A DNA stretch of 64,000 bases from Oceanispirochaeta sp. (GCA_963666275.2 CAXXOA010000002.1:1856001-1920000), one strand, 5' to 3'. Positions 19,494 through 29,682 are shown, counted from the first letter of the stretch. Program-made: numbers and translations. Notes: generated by a model from the sequence alone, not told the origin.

Positions 19494-20248
19494 ATCTGCT
19501 GCAGGCGGAGAATCTGGGTTTTGCCTATCCTCTGGCAGACGGGGGGGAACTGAGCCTTTTTTCGGGTTTGGATCTTGGTGTACCCAAAGGAGAAATCCTC
19601 TGCCTTCTCGGGCCTTCGGGCTGTGGAAAAACAACCCTGCTGAAGCTCCTGGCCGGTTTTATCCTCCCCCGGGAGGGACAGGTCCTCTATGAAGGAAAGC
19701 CTGTTTCAGGGCCTTTTCAGAAGGGGCAGATGATCTTTCAGGATCCCCATCAGCTCCTTCCCTGGCTGACCGTCTCTCAGAACGTGGAATTTCCCCGCTT
19801 CCGTTCCTTCAGAAAAAAATCTCCCCCCGGGGATTCTGAATCCCTGCTGAAGAAGACCGGGCTGGAGAGGTTCGGCGATTTCCATCCTTCCCAGCTGTCG
19901 GGGGGGATGAAACAGCGCTGCGCCCTTGCTAGGGCCCTCTATGCCGATCCGGACATCCTGTTTATGGATGAACCTTTCGGCTCACTGGATGCACCCTCCC
20001 GGCAGGAGCTTCAGAATCTGCTCCTCCAGCTCTGGGAAGAGAGGGGATTCACAATACTTTTTGTTACCCATGATATTGCGGAGGCTCTGCTCCTTTCGGA
20101 CCGGATTCTCCTGTTTCCCTCTGCCGGAGAAGCTCCCCGGTTTGAGGATAACCCTCTCCCCCGGCCGAGAATCCGCCGGGAGGAACAGTTCCTCCGGGAG
20201 GAGCTGAAGTTTTTCTCCTATCTTTCCGCCCGGGAAAGGACCCTGTAG
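19490..20248 (+). CDS. NitT/TauT ABC ATP-binding protein
   Basis: GPSGCGKT, LLPWLTV, LSGGMKQR, MDEPFGSLD, FVTHD. Confidence 0.95.
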   Translation: MNLLQAENLGFAYPLADGGELSLFSGLDLGVPKGEILCLLGPSGCGKTTLLKLLAGFILPREGQVLYEGKPVSGPFQKGQMIFQDPHQLLPWLTVSQNVEFPRFRSFRKKSPPGDSESLLKKTGLERFGDFHPSQLSGGMKQRCALARALYADPDILFMDEPFGSLDAPSRQELQNLLLQLWEERGFTILFVTHDIAEALLLSDRILLFPSAGEAPRFEDNPLPRPRIRREEQFLREELKFFSYLSARERTL

Positions 20249-21813
20249 ATCTTCACAGACCAGGGCTTCTCATTTCTGTAGGCGGCAATCCTGACCCCGT
20301 AGCCGGGGCTGTCAAAACCGGCTTCCAGACGGCACTCCTTTTCAAGAAAATCCATCATCTGGGGATACCAGAAGGCTGTATTCCCGTAAAGGACATTCCA
20401 GACCGGCCGGGATTGATAGATAAAGGGAATCTCCCCGGGGATCACGATATATTCAATCCCCCTCTCTCCTACATAGCTTTCCAGGGGAGAAGGGGATTCC
20501 GGATTTGTCCATTCCGGCAGTTCCGCCAGGTTTCTCCAGTGATAAAGATTCCCCTGATCCAGATAAAACTCGAGGGACAGACCTCCCAGCACCCGGCTGG
20601 AGGAGGGGAGTGTTTCCTCTATCTTCGCCAGGTAGTCTCTGTAGCTCTCAGAGGAACTGCCGTATTCCTCCTGTATGTTCTTTGCTGTGAAAATCAGAGG
20701 GATCACAGGAAGGAGCAGCATCAGAAGAACCGTCAGCTTCGGCCTGCGCTGTTTCAGGGGCATCAGCGCTGCCAGTGCCGCCATATAGTAGAAAGGGGTG
20801 AGGAATACCAGGGAGGGAGGACTGTATTTTCCCACAGTAAGAATCCCCAGATTGATACCGAGTAATCCTCCCAGTGAAAGGAGAAGCAGCGAAGGGGGCC
20901 GGTTTCCGCTGAAAGAAGTTGACTGCTGTTTTCCTGACGGGAACCAGGCCGCCAGTAGGAGGGGGGGGAGGGTAAGATACTGCCAGCGGATATCCGGCAG
21001 ATAGTAGGTTCCGCTGACCCTGTGAAACATCCTGCTGTGGAAACGGGGCCAACGGAGTACCTTTATATCCGCTGTTTCGGTGACCCCCAGAGGCTGTCCG
21101 TATGCCAGATAGTCGGGAATAAAGTGAGGGTTGAAAAGGAAACTCAGCAGTACAAATATACCGGCTCCTGCCGCACAGACGAGCAGAAACTGGACTCCCT
21201 GCAGGGCTGTGCGTTTTTTTCGGAGAATCAGGATCAGGAGTATCAGTCCCGCCGGCCAGGCTATGATAAACGCATTGGGATGTATGCTGGCCGATACCCC
21301 CAGAAGTCCTCCCGAAGCGGGGATGCCTATCTTATCATTCTCCTGCAGAACCAGCAGAAGAGAAGCCAGTAGTACACAGACCAGAAGGATCTCCTGCCGG
21401 GCAGTGTGGGAGGCGTAGATAAACTGGCTGTCCAGGGATATCCCTATGGCAGCGATCAGGGCAGACCAGGGCGCTTTTGCTGGGGTCAGCAGGGAAAGGA
21501 GTCTGTAGAAAAGGCAGATGGCCAGGACTCCTGCTGTAAGTGACAGAAGGCGGACAGCAAAAAGGGAGTAACCGAGAACTCTGATATAAACCATCTGAAG
21601 GAGATGGAACAGGACTTTTATCCCGTGAGGATGCCTTTCGTACAGATCATAAAAAGATTCAGTTACGTCCAGCCGTCCTTCGGCCATCATTGTCCGGGTC
21701 AGGCCGCTCAGCCAGGGTTCATCGGTATGCATGAAAGGGTAGGAGTCGAGAAACAGGAGATTTCCTGCGAACCAGAGGAGCAGGTAGATGAATAGGGTTA
21801 TCTGAGGAGACAT
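20218..21813 (-). CDS. GT-C membrane glycosyltransferase (ArnT/PMT-like)
   Basis: HTDEPW acidic motif after TM1, LFAVRLLS, SHTARQE, about 11 TM plus C-terminal soluble domain; the ORF-track N-terminal extension is REP-derived. Confidence 0.75.
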   Translation of the reverse strand: MSPQITLFIYLLLWFAGNLLFLDSYPFMHTDEPWLSGLTRTMMAEGRLDVTESFYDLYERHPHGIKVLFHLLQMVYIRVLGYSLFAVRLLSLTAGVLAICLFYRLLSLLTPAKAPWSALIAAIGISLDSQFIYASHTARQEILLVCVLLASLLLVLQENDKIGIPASGGLLGVSASIHPNAFIIAWPAGLILLILILRKKRTALQGVQFLLVCAAGAGIFVLLSFLFNPHFIPDYLAYGQPLGVTETADIKVLRWPRFHSRMFHRVSGTYYLPDIRWQYLTLPPLLLAAWFPSGKQQSTSFSGNRPPSLLLLSLGGLLGINLGILTVGKYSPPSLVFLTPFYYMAALAALMPLKQRRPKLTVLLMLLLPVIPLIFTAKNIQEEYGSSSESYRDYLAKIEETLPSSSRVLGGLSLEFYLDQGNLYHWRNLAELPEWTNPESPSPLESYVGERGIEYIVIPGEIPFIYQSRPVWNVLYGNTAFWYPQMMDFLEKECRLEAGFDSPGYGVRIAAYRNEKPWSVKIYRVLSRAER

Positions 21814-21825
21814 CCTGTTTCTATT

Positions 21826-22035
21826 CCCTCTCTCCCGGCCCCTCTCCCAGAGGGAGAGAAGGGATTGTTCATGTAAAAACATATTCTTATATTACATTCC
21901 TTTTATTGAAGGTCATAGCTTTATAAATGAAACACCCCTCTCCATGCAGGAGAGGGGTAAAAAAGTTAAAAGTATTTTTTATTCCTTCTCCCTTCAGGGG
22001 GAGACAGGGTTGGTTCCTGAGGGGAGCCGAAGGGG
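21826..22035. repeat. Cluster of degenerate CCCTCTCC/GGAGAGGG REP-like hairpins between tandem genes
   Basis: CCCGGCCCCTCTCCCA is identical to the reverse complement of 56466-56481; ACCCCTCTCC-ATGCA-GGAGAGGGGT at 21934-21958. Confidence 0.7.
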
Positions 22036-22036
22036 A

Positions 22037-22978
22037 TTACATAACAGTTTCAAAACCTTCGTTTGACCAGCCGCTTCCTGCTGTTCCTGCCGTTCCCATA
22101 CCGCTTTTTACAGAAACCGCATCGATTCCCATGAGTCTCATGATTCCTACAGTCTGTCCGGCTGTCTGTCCGGAGTAGCAGTAGACAAATACTGTTTCAT
22201 CCCTGGGAAGATCTGCAAAAGCTTCCTGCATACCTGCTCCGAAGGGGATGTTGATAGCACCCATGATGTGTCCGGCATCAAAATCTTTGGGCTGCCGTAC
22301 GGATACGATGTTCAGTCCTTCTTCGGTATCTACAAGCTCTTTCAGAGCAGAGGAGGCAATGATGTTATTTTTGTAGGCACCGGTAGTTACGGTTGTAAAG
22401 TATTCCTGAACTGCTTCTTTGATTTCAGGCTGGATAACTGTTCCGGAGGCTTCAGGTACAGACGCTGCTGCGGTCTCAACATAGCCTTCGAACCCTTCTG
22501 TTTTTGATATACCCAGGTTCCATCCGTATTTGATGGATGTTACGTCAAATCCAGCCACATTCAGTACTGCCGTAGTCTGTCCGGCGGTCTGGCCGGTATA
22601 GCAGTTTACATAGATTTTTTTATCTGCAGGCAGCCAGTTGACTGCGTCTACCAGAATATCCGAACCCCAGGGAGCATTGACAGCGCCTTTGATATGGCCT
22701 GCGGAATAAACATCGGGCTGGCGGATGTCCAGGACGAAAATGTCATCACCCGCATCAAGCATGGCGAATACATCGCTGGCCGGAGCAATCCGGGAACCGG
22801 GATAATCGGCAAAGTAGGATGCCGCTGCTTCTTCCACAGGATCAACCTGGACAGTTTCGACGGCTTCTACCGCTTTCTCTGCCGGGGCTGCCGCTGCCGC
22901 TTCTTCTTTTTTCTGACAACCCGTCAGTACAGCAAGGGCAAGAAGCATCATCATCAGGACCTGTAAGATTTTTTTCAT
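22037..22978 (-). CDS. Tandem-rhodanese lipoprotein
   Basis: Lipobox LTGC; two domains with GHI.GA.N.P and active loops CYTGQTA and CYSGQTA. Confidence 0.9.
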   Translation of the reverse strand: MKKILQVLMMMLLALAVLTGCQKKEEAAAAAPAEKAVEAVETVQVDPVEEAAASYFADYPGSRIAPASDVFAMLDAGDDIFVLDIRQPDVYSAGHIKGAVNAPWGSDILVDAVNWLPADKKIYVNCYTGQTAGQTTAVLNVAGFDVTSIKYGWNLGISKTEGFEGYVETAAASVPEASGTVIQPEIKEAVQEYFTTVTTGAYKNNIIASSALKELVDTEEGLNIVSVRQPKDFDAGHIMGAINIPFGAGMQEAFADLPRDETVFVYCYSGQTAGQTVGIMRLMGIDAVSVKSGMGTAGTAGSGWSNEGFETVM

Positions 22979-23173
22979 TTTTTTTCTCCTTATCGACAAA
23001 TAAAGTGCTCTTTTTTTTGACATGGATAAATCTTTATCCATTTAAATGCCTAAAAAAATCAGTTCTGCTCTGAAAACCGATCTCTTAAAAGAATACACAA
23101 AATATCCAATACCTCTTTCCCGGAAAATCCGGTAAAGGGATTGAGTATTTTTTTAACTAATTTACATGTAAAC

Positions 23174-23201
23174 TTTATACTTGAAATAGATGCTATGTCA
23201 A
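23174..23201 (-). promoter_or_regulatory. Putative sigma70 promoter for the rhodanese lipoprotein, overlapping a CATAGCATCTA motif
   Basis: Minus strand TTGACA-16 nt-TATAAA in an AT-rich intergenic region. Confidence 0.5.
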
Positions 23202-23425
23202 CAAAAAACCGCAAAAAATATTATTAAGAAACATCGGTAACTTATATTGGTATATCTATAAAATTATATATTGATTTAAATAATTATACTGGAACAGGTT
23301 GAAATATTCGGTAAAAGATTATCTTTTAAATATTTCCTGATTAAAAGTGTACGTAAGATATCTAATGGAAACCTGGGAACAATTGATCCGGATGATTTTG
23401 CTCCGGTTTACCATGATAAATGAAT

Positions 23426-23458
23426 GAACCCGCTGCCTGGAAAAAGACAAGCGGGTTC
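23426..23458 (-). terminator. Stem-loop downstream of the sulfurtransferase gene
   Basis: GAACCCGCT...AGCGGGTTC inverted repeat; weak U tail. Confidence 0.5.
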
Positions 23459-23478
23459 TGCGCCAGGGGATTTCCTTC

Positions 23479-24405
23479 TCAGGAATTATCTGATGAAGAT
23501 GTGGTTGTTCTTACCTGAACATCCGGTTTCACAACCCGCATGTCGCCGCTGCTCCATTCCAGCCAGGCACCGTCGTATATTTTAAGATTCCTGTACCCGG
23601 CATTGTAGAGGGCCGCATAGGTATTGGCCGCTCTGACTGAGGTTTTACAGTAGAGAACGATCTCGTCTTCGGGGGTAATTCCCAGTTCTTTGTAGAGGAT
23701 CCGGTTGTGGGAAACCGGGCGGAATGTGTCTCCCTTCTCCTTGTTGAGGAACATATTTTTTTCATAGTTTATGTGGATTGAACCGGGAATATTGCCTGCA
23801 TTGTACTCCTCATCGGATCGGACATCTATGAGCACATAGTTATCCGCAGGATTGTCTATTTTAGCAATAATATCCTCTTTCGTGGCGATCATGGAAGAAT
23901 CCAGGGTTGATGTTTTGTAGCTCTGGGATGCTATAGCCGGGAGTTTGTCAGTGACTGTCATTCCCTCTCTCTCCAGGGCTTTCATCCCTCCTGATATCAG
24001 GAGGATATCCCCTTTGTGGCCCCAGATTTTGAGAGTCCAGTAGAGTCTGGCGGCGTCCATGCTTTTATTGTCGTCGTATATGAGAATATCCGAGGTTTCC
24101 TTCAGGCCCGCATTCCCGGCGGCTCTGGAAACAATAGAGGCGGTTGCCAGCATATTGGCCACTGGTTCGCTGATCATGATCTCGGCCCTTTCGATGTTAA
24201 CAGCCCCCTGGATATGATTCTTTTTGTAGGAACTTGTCTTTTGGGCGTCTACCAGAATATAACCCTCAGCCATTTTTTCAGCGGCTTCATCGGCATCGAT
24301 TATAAGTGTTCCCGACTCTGCATAGTCTATAAAAGTGCAGGCGCTGAAAGCGGCTGTCAGAGTAAATATTATGGCGAATATTGTGTATTTCCGGCGATTC
24401 TTCAT
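23479..24405 (-). CDS. Exported two-domain sulfurtransferase (thiosulfate/3-mercaptopyruvate type), probable lipoprotein
   Basis: FSAC lipobox; HIQGAV, AARLYW, IDVRS..EY.AG.IPGS, YCKTSVRA, YDGAWLEW. Confidence 0.9.
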   Translation of the reverse strand: MKNRRKYTIFAIIFTLTAAFSACTFIDYAESGTLIIDADEAAEKMAEGYILVDAQKTSSYKKNHIQGAVNIERAEIMISEPVANMLATASIVSRAAGNAGLKETSDILIYDDNKSMDAARLYWTLKIWGHKGDILLISGGMKALEREGMTVTDKLPAIASQSYKTSTLDSSMIATKEDIIAKIDNPADNYVLIDVRSDEEYNAGNIPGSIHINYEKNMFLNKEKGDTFRPVSHNRILYKELGITPEDEIVLYCKTSVRAANTYAALYNAGYRNLKIYDGAWLEWSSGDMRVVKPDVQVRTTTSSSDNS

Positions 24406-24557
24406 ATTTTACATCCCTTATTGATAACTCGTGATTTACCTATTAACTTGCATAGATAATTCAGTATTGTCAACAAATAAAAGCTTTCTCCATCCGGGAA
24501 TGGAAAAATTAGTGGTTTACTAGTATTTTCTGTCCGGAAATGGAATAAAAAAATAAA

Positions 24558-24614
24558 TGCCATAGCAACAATAAATTAGATGCTATGTAAAGGGTGAAAT
24601 AGTTGCCATAGCAA
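24558..24614. promoter_or_regulatory. Candidate operator array in the divergent sulfur-gene promoter
   Basis: CATAGCA-N13-TGCTATG inverted repeat (24561-24587); TGCCATAGCAA twice; TAGATGCTATGT also at 23187. Confidence 0.5.
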
Positions 24615-24749
24615 GAAAATGTCTCTGAATTCCCCGATTCCACTTGATTTTCCCGATTTTCTGTGGGTACAATAAATTGTTATAGATAATTATATATACA
24701 TTTATCATATATACAAAAAAGGGAAACAAAGTTTAATTAGGAGAAAGAT

Positions 24750-26450
24750 ATGTCAAAGAAAATCCTGGTAGTCGGTGGTGTGGCCGGAGGAGCTTCCACA
24801 GCAGCCCGTCTGAGAAGACACAGTGAGGACGATCAGATCATCATGTTCGAAAAGGGACCCCATGTCTCTTTCTCAAACTGCTGTCTGCCCTATCATCTGA
24901 GCGGGCTGATTGAAAAGGCGGATGATCTTGTTCTGATGTGCCCGGAAATGTTTAAAGCCCAGTACAATATTGAAGTAAGGACAGAAAATGAAGTTACTTC
25001 TATCGACAGAGACGCCAAAGAAGTGGTTGTAAAAAATCTGGCTACCGGTGAGGAATACAGAGAATCCTATGACAAACTGGTCCTTTCTCCCGGCGGTAAA
25101 CCCATTGTTCCCCCCATACCGGGAATAGAAAAGGTTAAAACCTATACAATCCGCAATGTGGTGGATATAGACAGACTGGCTAAAGCCATAAAATCCGAGG
25201 ATGTAAAGAATATTTCCGTTATCGGCGGGGGATTCATCGGTATTGAAACTGTGGAGAACCTGAAGGAAGCCGGGTATAACGTGACTCTGGTTGAGGCTAT
25301 GCCCCAGATTCTGAGAATCCTGGATGTGGATATGGTGCAGATCCTTCACAAGGAACTCTACGACCAGGGTGTGAACCTGATCCTGGACGATAAAGTCAGT
25401 GGATTCGAGGAGAATGCTATCCTTCTCGGCTCGGGGAAAAAGGTGGAAACCGATGCTGTGGTTCTGGCTATCGGCGTCTCCCCGGAAACAGATCTTGCTA
25501 AACAGGCCGGTCTGGAAATCGGTAAAACCGGAGCCATGAAGGTGGATCAGAACTTCCGGACCATAGACAAGGATATCTATGCCGTAGGTGACGCCATTGA
25601 AGTCTACAGCTACCTTTTCAATGATTACTTCAAACTTCCCCTGGCAGGTCCCGCCCAGAAACAGGCACGGGGTGTGGCAGACCATATCAACGGCATGTGC
25701 ATCGACAACAGAGGCTATATAGGGACGTCTATCCTGAAGGTGTTCGATTACAATGCGGCCTCCACAGGTCTTACAGGAGGCTTTATAAGAAACTCCAAGC
25801 TGAACATCGACTTTGACTGCGTCCGGATTATCCCCGGTGATAAAGTGGGTCTTATGCCTTCCAGCCGAAGCATGCATTTCAAGCTTGTTTATGAAGTTCC
25901 CACCGGCAGAATCCTGGGGGCCCAGGCGATAGGAAAGGGAAATGTGGACAAACGGATCGATGTAATCGCCACGGTTATCAAGTTCGGCGGAACCATCCGG
26001 GATCTGAAGGATCTGGAACTCTGCTATGCTCCTCCCTTCGGAACAGCCAAAGATGTGGTCAACTTTGCCGGTTATGTCGCAACCAACCTGATGAGAGATG
26101 ACTTTAAACAGGTGCACGCCTACGAAGTCAGGGATCTTGTGGAATCAGGAGCGGCGATTTTTGACGTGAGGGAAGAGAACGAATATGCCCTGTCCCATCT
26201 CAAAGGGGCTGTGAATATTCCCCTGAGTCAGCTCCGGGACCGGGTGGACGAGTTCCCCCGGGACAAAGATATCTATCTCCACTGCCGCAGCGGTCAGAGA
26301 AGCTATAATGCGGTTCTGGCTCTTCAGAATCTGGGATTCAAGAATGTCTGGAATGTTTCCGGCGGTTTTATGGGCGTTTCCTTTCATGAATACTACCACG
26401 ATAAGGTGACAGGACGAGAACCGATTCTGACTGACTACAACTTTGACTGA
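24750..26450 (+). CDS. CoA-disulfide reductase with C-terminal rhodanese (CoADR-RHD/Npsr-like persulfide reductase)
   Basis: GGVAGGAS, SFSNC redox Cys, GGGFIG, YAVGD, LELCYAPPF, C-terminal HCRSGQRS. Confidence 0.9.
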   Translation: MSKKILVVGGVAGGASTAARLRRHSEDDQIIMFEKGPHVSFSNCCLPYHLSGLIEKADDLVLMCPEMFKAQYNIEVRTENEVTSIDRDAKEVVVKNLATGEEYRESYDKLVLSPGGKPIVPPIPGIEKVKTYTIRNVVDIDRLAKAIKSEDVKNISVIGGGFIGIETVENLKEAGYNVTLVEAMPQILRILDVDMVQILHKELYDQGVNLILDDKVSGFEENAILLGSGKKVETDAVVLAIGVSPETDLAKQAGLEIGKTGAMKVDQNFRTIDKDIYAVGDAIEVYSYLFNDYFKLPLAGPAQKQARGVADHINGMCIDNRGYIGTSILKVFDYNAASTGLTGGFIRNSKLNIDFDCVRIIPGDKVGLMPSSRSMHFKLVYEVPTGRILGAQAIGKGNVDKRIDVIATVIKFGGTIRDLKDLELCYAPPFGTAKDVVNFAGYVATNLMRDDFKQVHAYEVRDLVESGAAIFDVREENEYALSHLKGAVNIPLSQLRDRVDEFPRDKDIYLHCRSGQRSYNAVLALQNLGFKNVWNVSGGFMGVSFHEYYHDKVTGREPILTDYNFD

Positions 26451-26461
26451 GGAATGAGGAA

Positions 26462-27739
26462 ATGAATAATAAAGTAGAAAACCTGATCGGATTCGGCGTT
26501 GTCGCCCTTATTCTGATCTTCGGCGAAGCCGTTCTGGGAACCCAGATGCTCTATTTCAGACTTCTGGCGGGAATCGGATTCGGATACGCCCTGACAAGAG
26601 CTTTCATGGGTTTTGCGGGCAGTGTAAACCGGGCCTACAGGACAGGATCCTCCAAACTGATGAGAGTTCTCATGTGGATGTTCCTGGGGACGGCGGCAAT
26701 CTCGGTTGCCATCCTCTACGGAAAGGATCCCACTACCTATAATCTGTGGATCAACCCGATCAACCTGGGCGTTATTCTGGGGGGGCTGTCATTCGGTTTC
26801 GGTATGACCTTCTCCTCCTGCTGTGCTTCGGGAGTGCTCACCGATCTGATCACCGGGCTCCCCAGAGCTTTTACCACTCTGCTGTTTTTCGCCTTTGGTG
26901 TCTTTATAGGATTCCCCGTGCAGAAAACCGCTTCCTGGGTCAATGACTCCTGGATTTCAACCGTGTCTGGCGAACAGCTGGGCGGCGGTGTCTTCCTGCC
27001 CGACCTTTTTATGTGGGACAAAATGAGCGGCTATCTGGGAGCTCTCCTCCTGACTGCTCTCCTGGCTTCGGTTTTCGCCTACTTTTCCAAACGGTTTGAG
27101 GACCGCCAGAAAGCCGACGGCACTTTTACGGGTGTGGGCTCGGAGATTGAACAGGACAGGGAACCCGAAGGAGAGGATCTTCCTTTTAAACTCTTCAGTT
27201 CCAGAACCTATGAAATGCTGTTTGTCCGCCCCTGGAAGATGAGAACCGGAGCGGCTGTGATCGCCATCGTTTTTATCATGCTTCTGGGAATCACCAGAGC
27301 CGGGTGGGGGGCTTCCACCATCTACGGATTCTGGTTCGGAAAACTGCTGATGCTCTTCGGAGTCTCTTCAGAGGCTCTGGCCGGTTTTACCTATTTTCCT
27401 GCGGGATTCTTTGAAACCTCCATTTTTGCCAATCCTGTATCGGTTCAGAATATCGGGATTATCCTGGGCACTCTGATTGCTCTGCTCCTGGCGGGAACCT
27501 TCAGGACAACCTTTTTCTCGGAAATGAAAATCCGTCCCAAAGAACTCCTGTTTTTTGCCATGGGCGGCCTCTTTATGGGCTTTGGAACCAGACTGGCCAA
27601 CGGCTGCAATGTGGGGGCTCTCTATACTCCCATTGCGAATTTCTCGCTTTCGGGATGGGTCTTCCTTGTCTTCCTGATCCTGGGAGGAATCGCCGGAAAC
27701 AGGGTCGCCAAAACCACAAGTAAGTGGTGTGTGAACTGA
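26462..27739 (+). CDS. YeeE/YedE (TsuA-like) sulfur-compound transporter
   Basis: GG..FGFGM..SSCCASG and GG.FMGFGTRLANGCNVGA motifs; multi-TM. Confidence 0.9.
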   Translation: MNNKVENLIGFGVVALILIFGEAVLGTQMLYFRLLAGIGFGYALTRAFMGFAGSVNRAYRTGSSKLMRVLMWMFLGTAAISVAILYGKDPTTYNLWINPINLGVILGGLSFGFGMTFSSCCASGVLTDLITGLPRAFTTLLFFAFGVFIGFPVQKTASWVNDSWISTVSGEQLGGGVFLPDLFMWDKMSGYLGALLLTALLASVFAYFSKRFEDRQKADGTFTGVGSEIEQDREPEGEDLPFKLFSSRTYEMLFVRPWKMRTGAAVIAIVFIMLLGITRAGWGASTIYGFWFGKLLMLFGVSSEALAGFTYFPAGFFETSIFANPVSVQNIGIILGTLIALLLAGTFRTTFFSEMKIRPKELLFFAMGGLFMGFGTRLANGCNVGALYTPIANFSLSGWVFLVFLILGGIAGNRVAKTTSKWCVN

Positions 27740-27817
27740 GAACCTTCAGAAGAGGACAGCAGAGAAACTTTATCCCAAGCTTTCTGTGTTGTCCTTTTTT
27801 TTATATACTTGTGACTG

Positions 27818-28606
27818 ATGAGTAGATACGCAAAAAGAAAAATCCTGGAACTCTCTATTTCCGCAGCCTGCGTGACAGGTCTCTTTGCTGTGTGGTACAT
27901 CATTGCCCGGATGAAAATATTCCCTGAATATTTTATCCCCGCCCCTTCCAGTGTCTGGGAGGTATTTGTGGATATCGCTGTGAACGGATACAGGGGCGGG
28001 ACGCTCCTGCAGCATCTGGGAGACAGCCTTTTCCGGGTCATCACAGGATTTGTTTTCGCCTGTATCCTGGCGATCCCCCTGGGAATGCTGATGGGATACA
28101 GCTGGAAGGTAAAGGCTTTTTTTGATCCTATTGTCGAATTCTACCGCCCCCTGCCGCCTCTGGCCTACTATACCATCCTTGTTATCTGGCTGGGAATCGG
28201 CAATGAATCGAAAATCACCCTGCTGTTTCTGGCCGCTTTTCCGCCTCTATCGATCAGTGCCATGTCGGCGGTCGCTTCGGTGTCTCAGGAAAAGATTCAT
28301 ACGGCCCGGTCTCTGGGCGCCGGGAAGGGGTATGTCTTTAGGCATGTCATTTTTCCCTCCTGCCTGCCGGAGATTTTCACAGGGATGAGGGTCAGTATCG
28401 GTTTTACCTATACCACTCTTGTTTCCTCCGAGATTGTCGCCGCCACTTCCGGGATCGGATGGATGGTCCTGGATGCGGGAAAGTTCCTGAGAGGAGATGT
28501 TATGTTCATGGGGATCCTTGTCATGGGGATCACCGGAATTCTTCTGGACAGGCTCTTAAGGGCGGCGGAAAAACTGTTTGTTCCCTGGAAAGGGAAGGAG
28601 TGTTAG
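27818..28606 (+). CDS. tauC: Taurine/sulfonate ABC permease
   Basis: GYRGGTLLQHL..SL.RV, DPIVEFYRPLPPLAY, IWLGIGNESKI, LPEIFTGMR. Confidence 0.8.
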   Translation: MSRYAKRKILELSISAACVTGLFAVWYIIARMKIFPEYFIPAPSSVWEVFVDIAVNGYRGGTLLQHLGDSLFRVITGFVFACILAIPLGMLMGYSWKVKAFFDPIVEFYRPLPPLAYYTILVIWLGIGNESKITLLFLAAFPPLSISAMSAVASVSQEKIHTARSLGAGKGYVFRHVIFPSCLPEIFTGMRVSIGFTYTTLVSSEIVAATSGIGWMVLDAGKFLRGDVMFMGILVMGITGILLDRLLRAAEKLFVPWKGKEC

Positions 28607-28653
28607 CCCGGTTCCTGTAATGCCGGGATTTATATTTTAAAAGGAGTTTTAAC

Positions 28654-29679
28654 ATGTTAAAGAAAACAGGTCTTATCCTTGTTCTCATGATGGCTGTGTT
28701 TCTGACCTCTGCCAGCGCCGGAGGTCAGGGGGATCCTGAGGGGGCTCCCGACAGGATTGTGATCGGATACCAGGCCATCCCCAATGGACAGATCATTTCA
28801 AAAGAGTATAACTGGCTGGAAGAGGCTACCGGGATCCCCGTGGAATGGGTTCAGATCAACTCGGGTTCCGAACTAAATACAGGGCTGGCTGCCGGAAGCA
28901 TTGATATCGGCCTTTCAGGGAGCAGCGGGATCGCCGCGGGAATCGCCAATTCCGTTCCTTTCGATGTGATTTGGGTTCACGATATTATCGGTGATAACGA
29001 AGCGCTTGTTGTAAAAAGTGATGCGGGAATCGGAGAGCTGAAGGATCTGGCAGGCAAAAAAATAGCTGTTCCCTTCGGTGCTACCACCCATTACCATCTC
29101 CTGGCGGCTCTGGAGCTGGAGGGGATTGATCCCGAATCTGTGGAAATCTTTGATATGCAGCCGCCGGATGCCCTGGCCGCCTGGCACAGAGGGGATATTG
29201 ACGGGAGCTTTATCTGGGAACCGACTCTTGCCAAAATGCTCGAGTCCGGGGGGGAAGTTCTCATCTATTCCCGTAAACTGGCGGAAGCCGGATACCTGAC
29301 AGGGGATATCACAGTGGCAAGGAAGGGATTTGCTGAAAAGTATCCCGACCTTGTTGTAGCCTACCTTGCTGCGGAAATCAAAGCGGTGGAACTATACCGG
29401 AGCGATAGAGAGGCAGCCGCACAGGCGGTGAGCCGACAGTTTGATATTCCCGAAGAAGAAGCTCTCAGGCAGATGAACAGCCTCGTCCTGCTTCCGGGAG
29501 AGGAACAGCTTGAATCCCGCTATATGGGTACACCGGGTAATATCGGAGATCTGGCGTCTGTTCTGAAAGCCACGGCGGATTTTCTTGTAGAACAGAATAC
29601 CATCAAAGAAGCGCCCGGTCTGGAAACCTTCCGCAAGGCTCTTCATCCCGAGTATATCGAACAGGCCCTGGGAAAGTAG
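28654..29679 (+). CDS. tauA: Taurine/sulfonate ABC substrate-binding protein
   Basis: IGYQ, EALVV, LAGKKIAVPFGATTHYHLLAAL, MQPP....AW.RGDIDG.FIWEP. Confidence 0.75.
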   Translation: MLKKTGLILVLMMAVFLTSASAGGQGDPEGAPDRIVIGYQAIPNGQIISKEYNWLEEATGIPVEWVQINSGSELNTGLAAGSIDIGLSGSSGIAAGIANSVPFDVIWVHDIIGDNEALVVKSDAGIGELKDLAGKKIAVPFGATTHYHLLAALELEGIDPESVEIFDMQPPDALAAWHRGDIDGSFIWEPTLAKMLESGGEVLIYSRKLAEAGYLTGDITVARKGFAEKYPDLVVAYLAAEIKAVELYRSDREAAAQAVSRQFDIPEEEALRQMNSLVLLPGEEQLESRYMGTPGNIGDLASVLKATADFLVEQNTIKEAPGLETFRKALHPEYIEQALGK

Positions 29680-29682
29680 ATC

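Noticed and set aside
23042..23420. AT-rich stretch as a possible origin or foreign insert
   Set aside because: No DnaA-box cluster, iterons or ORF was seen; it fits a promoter region
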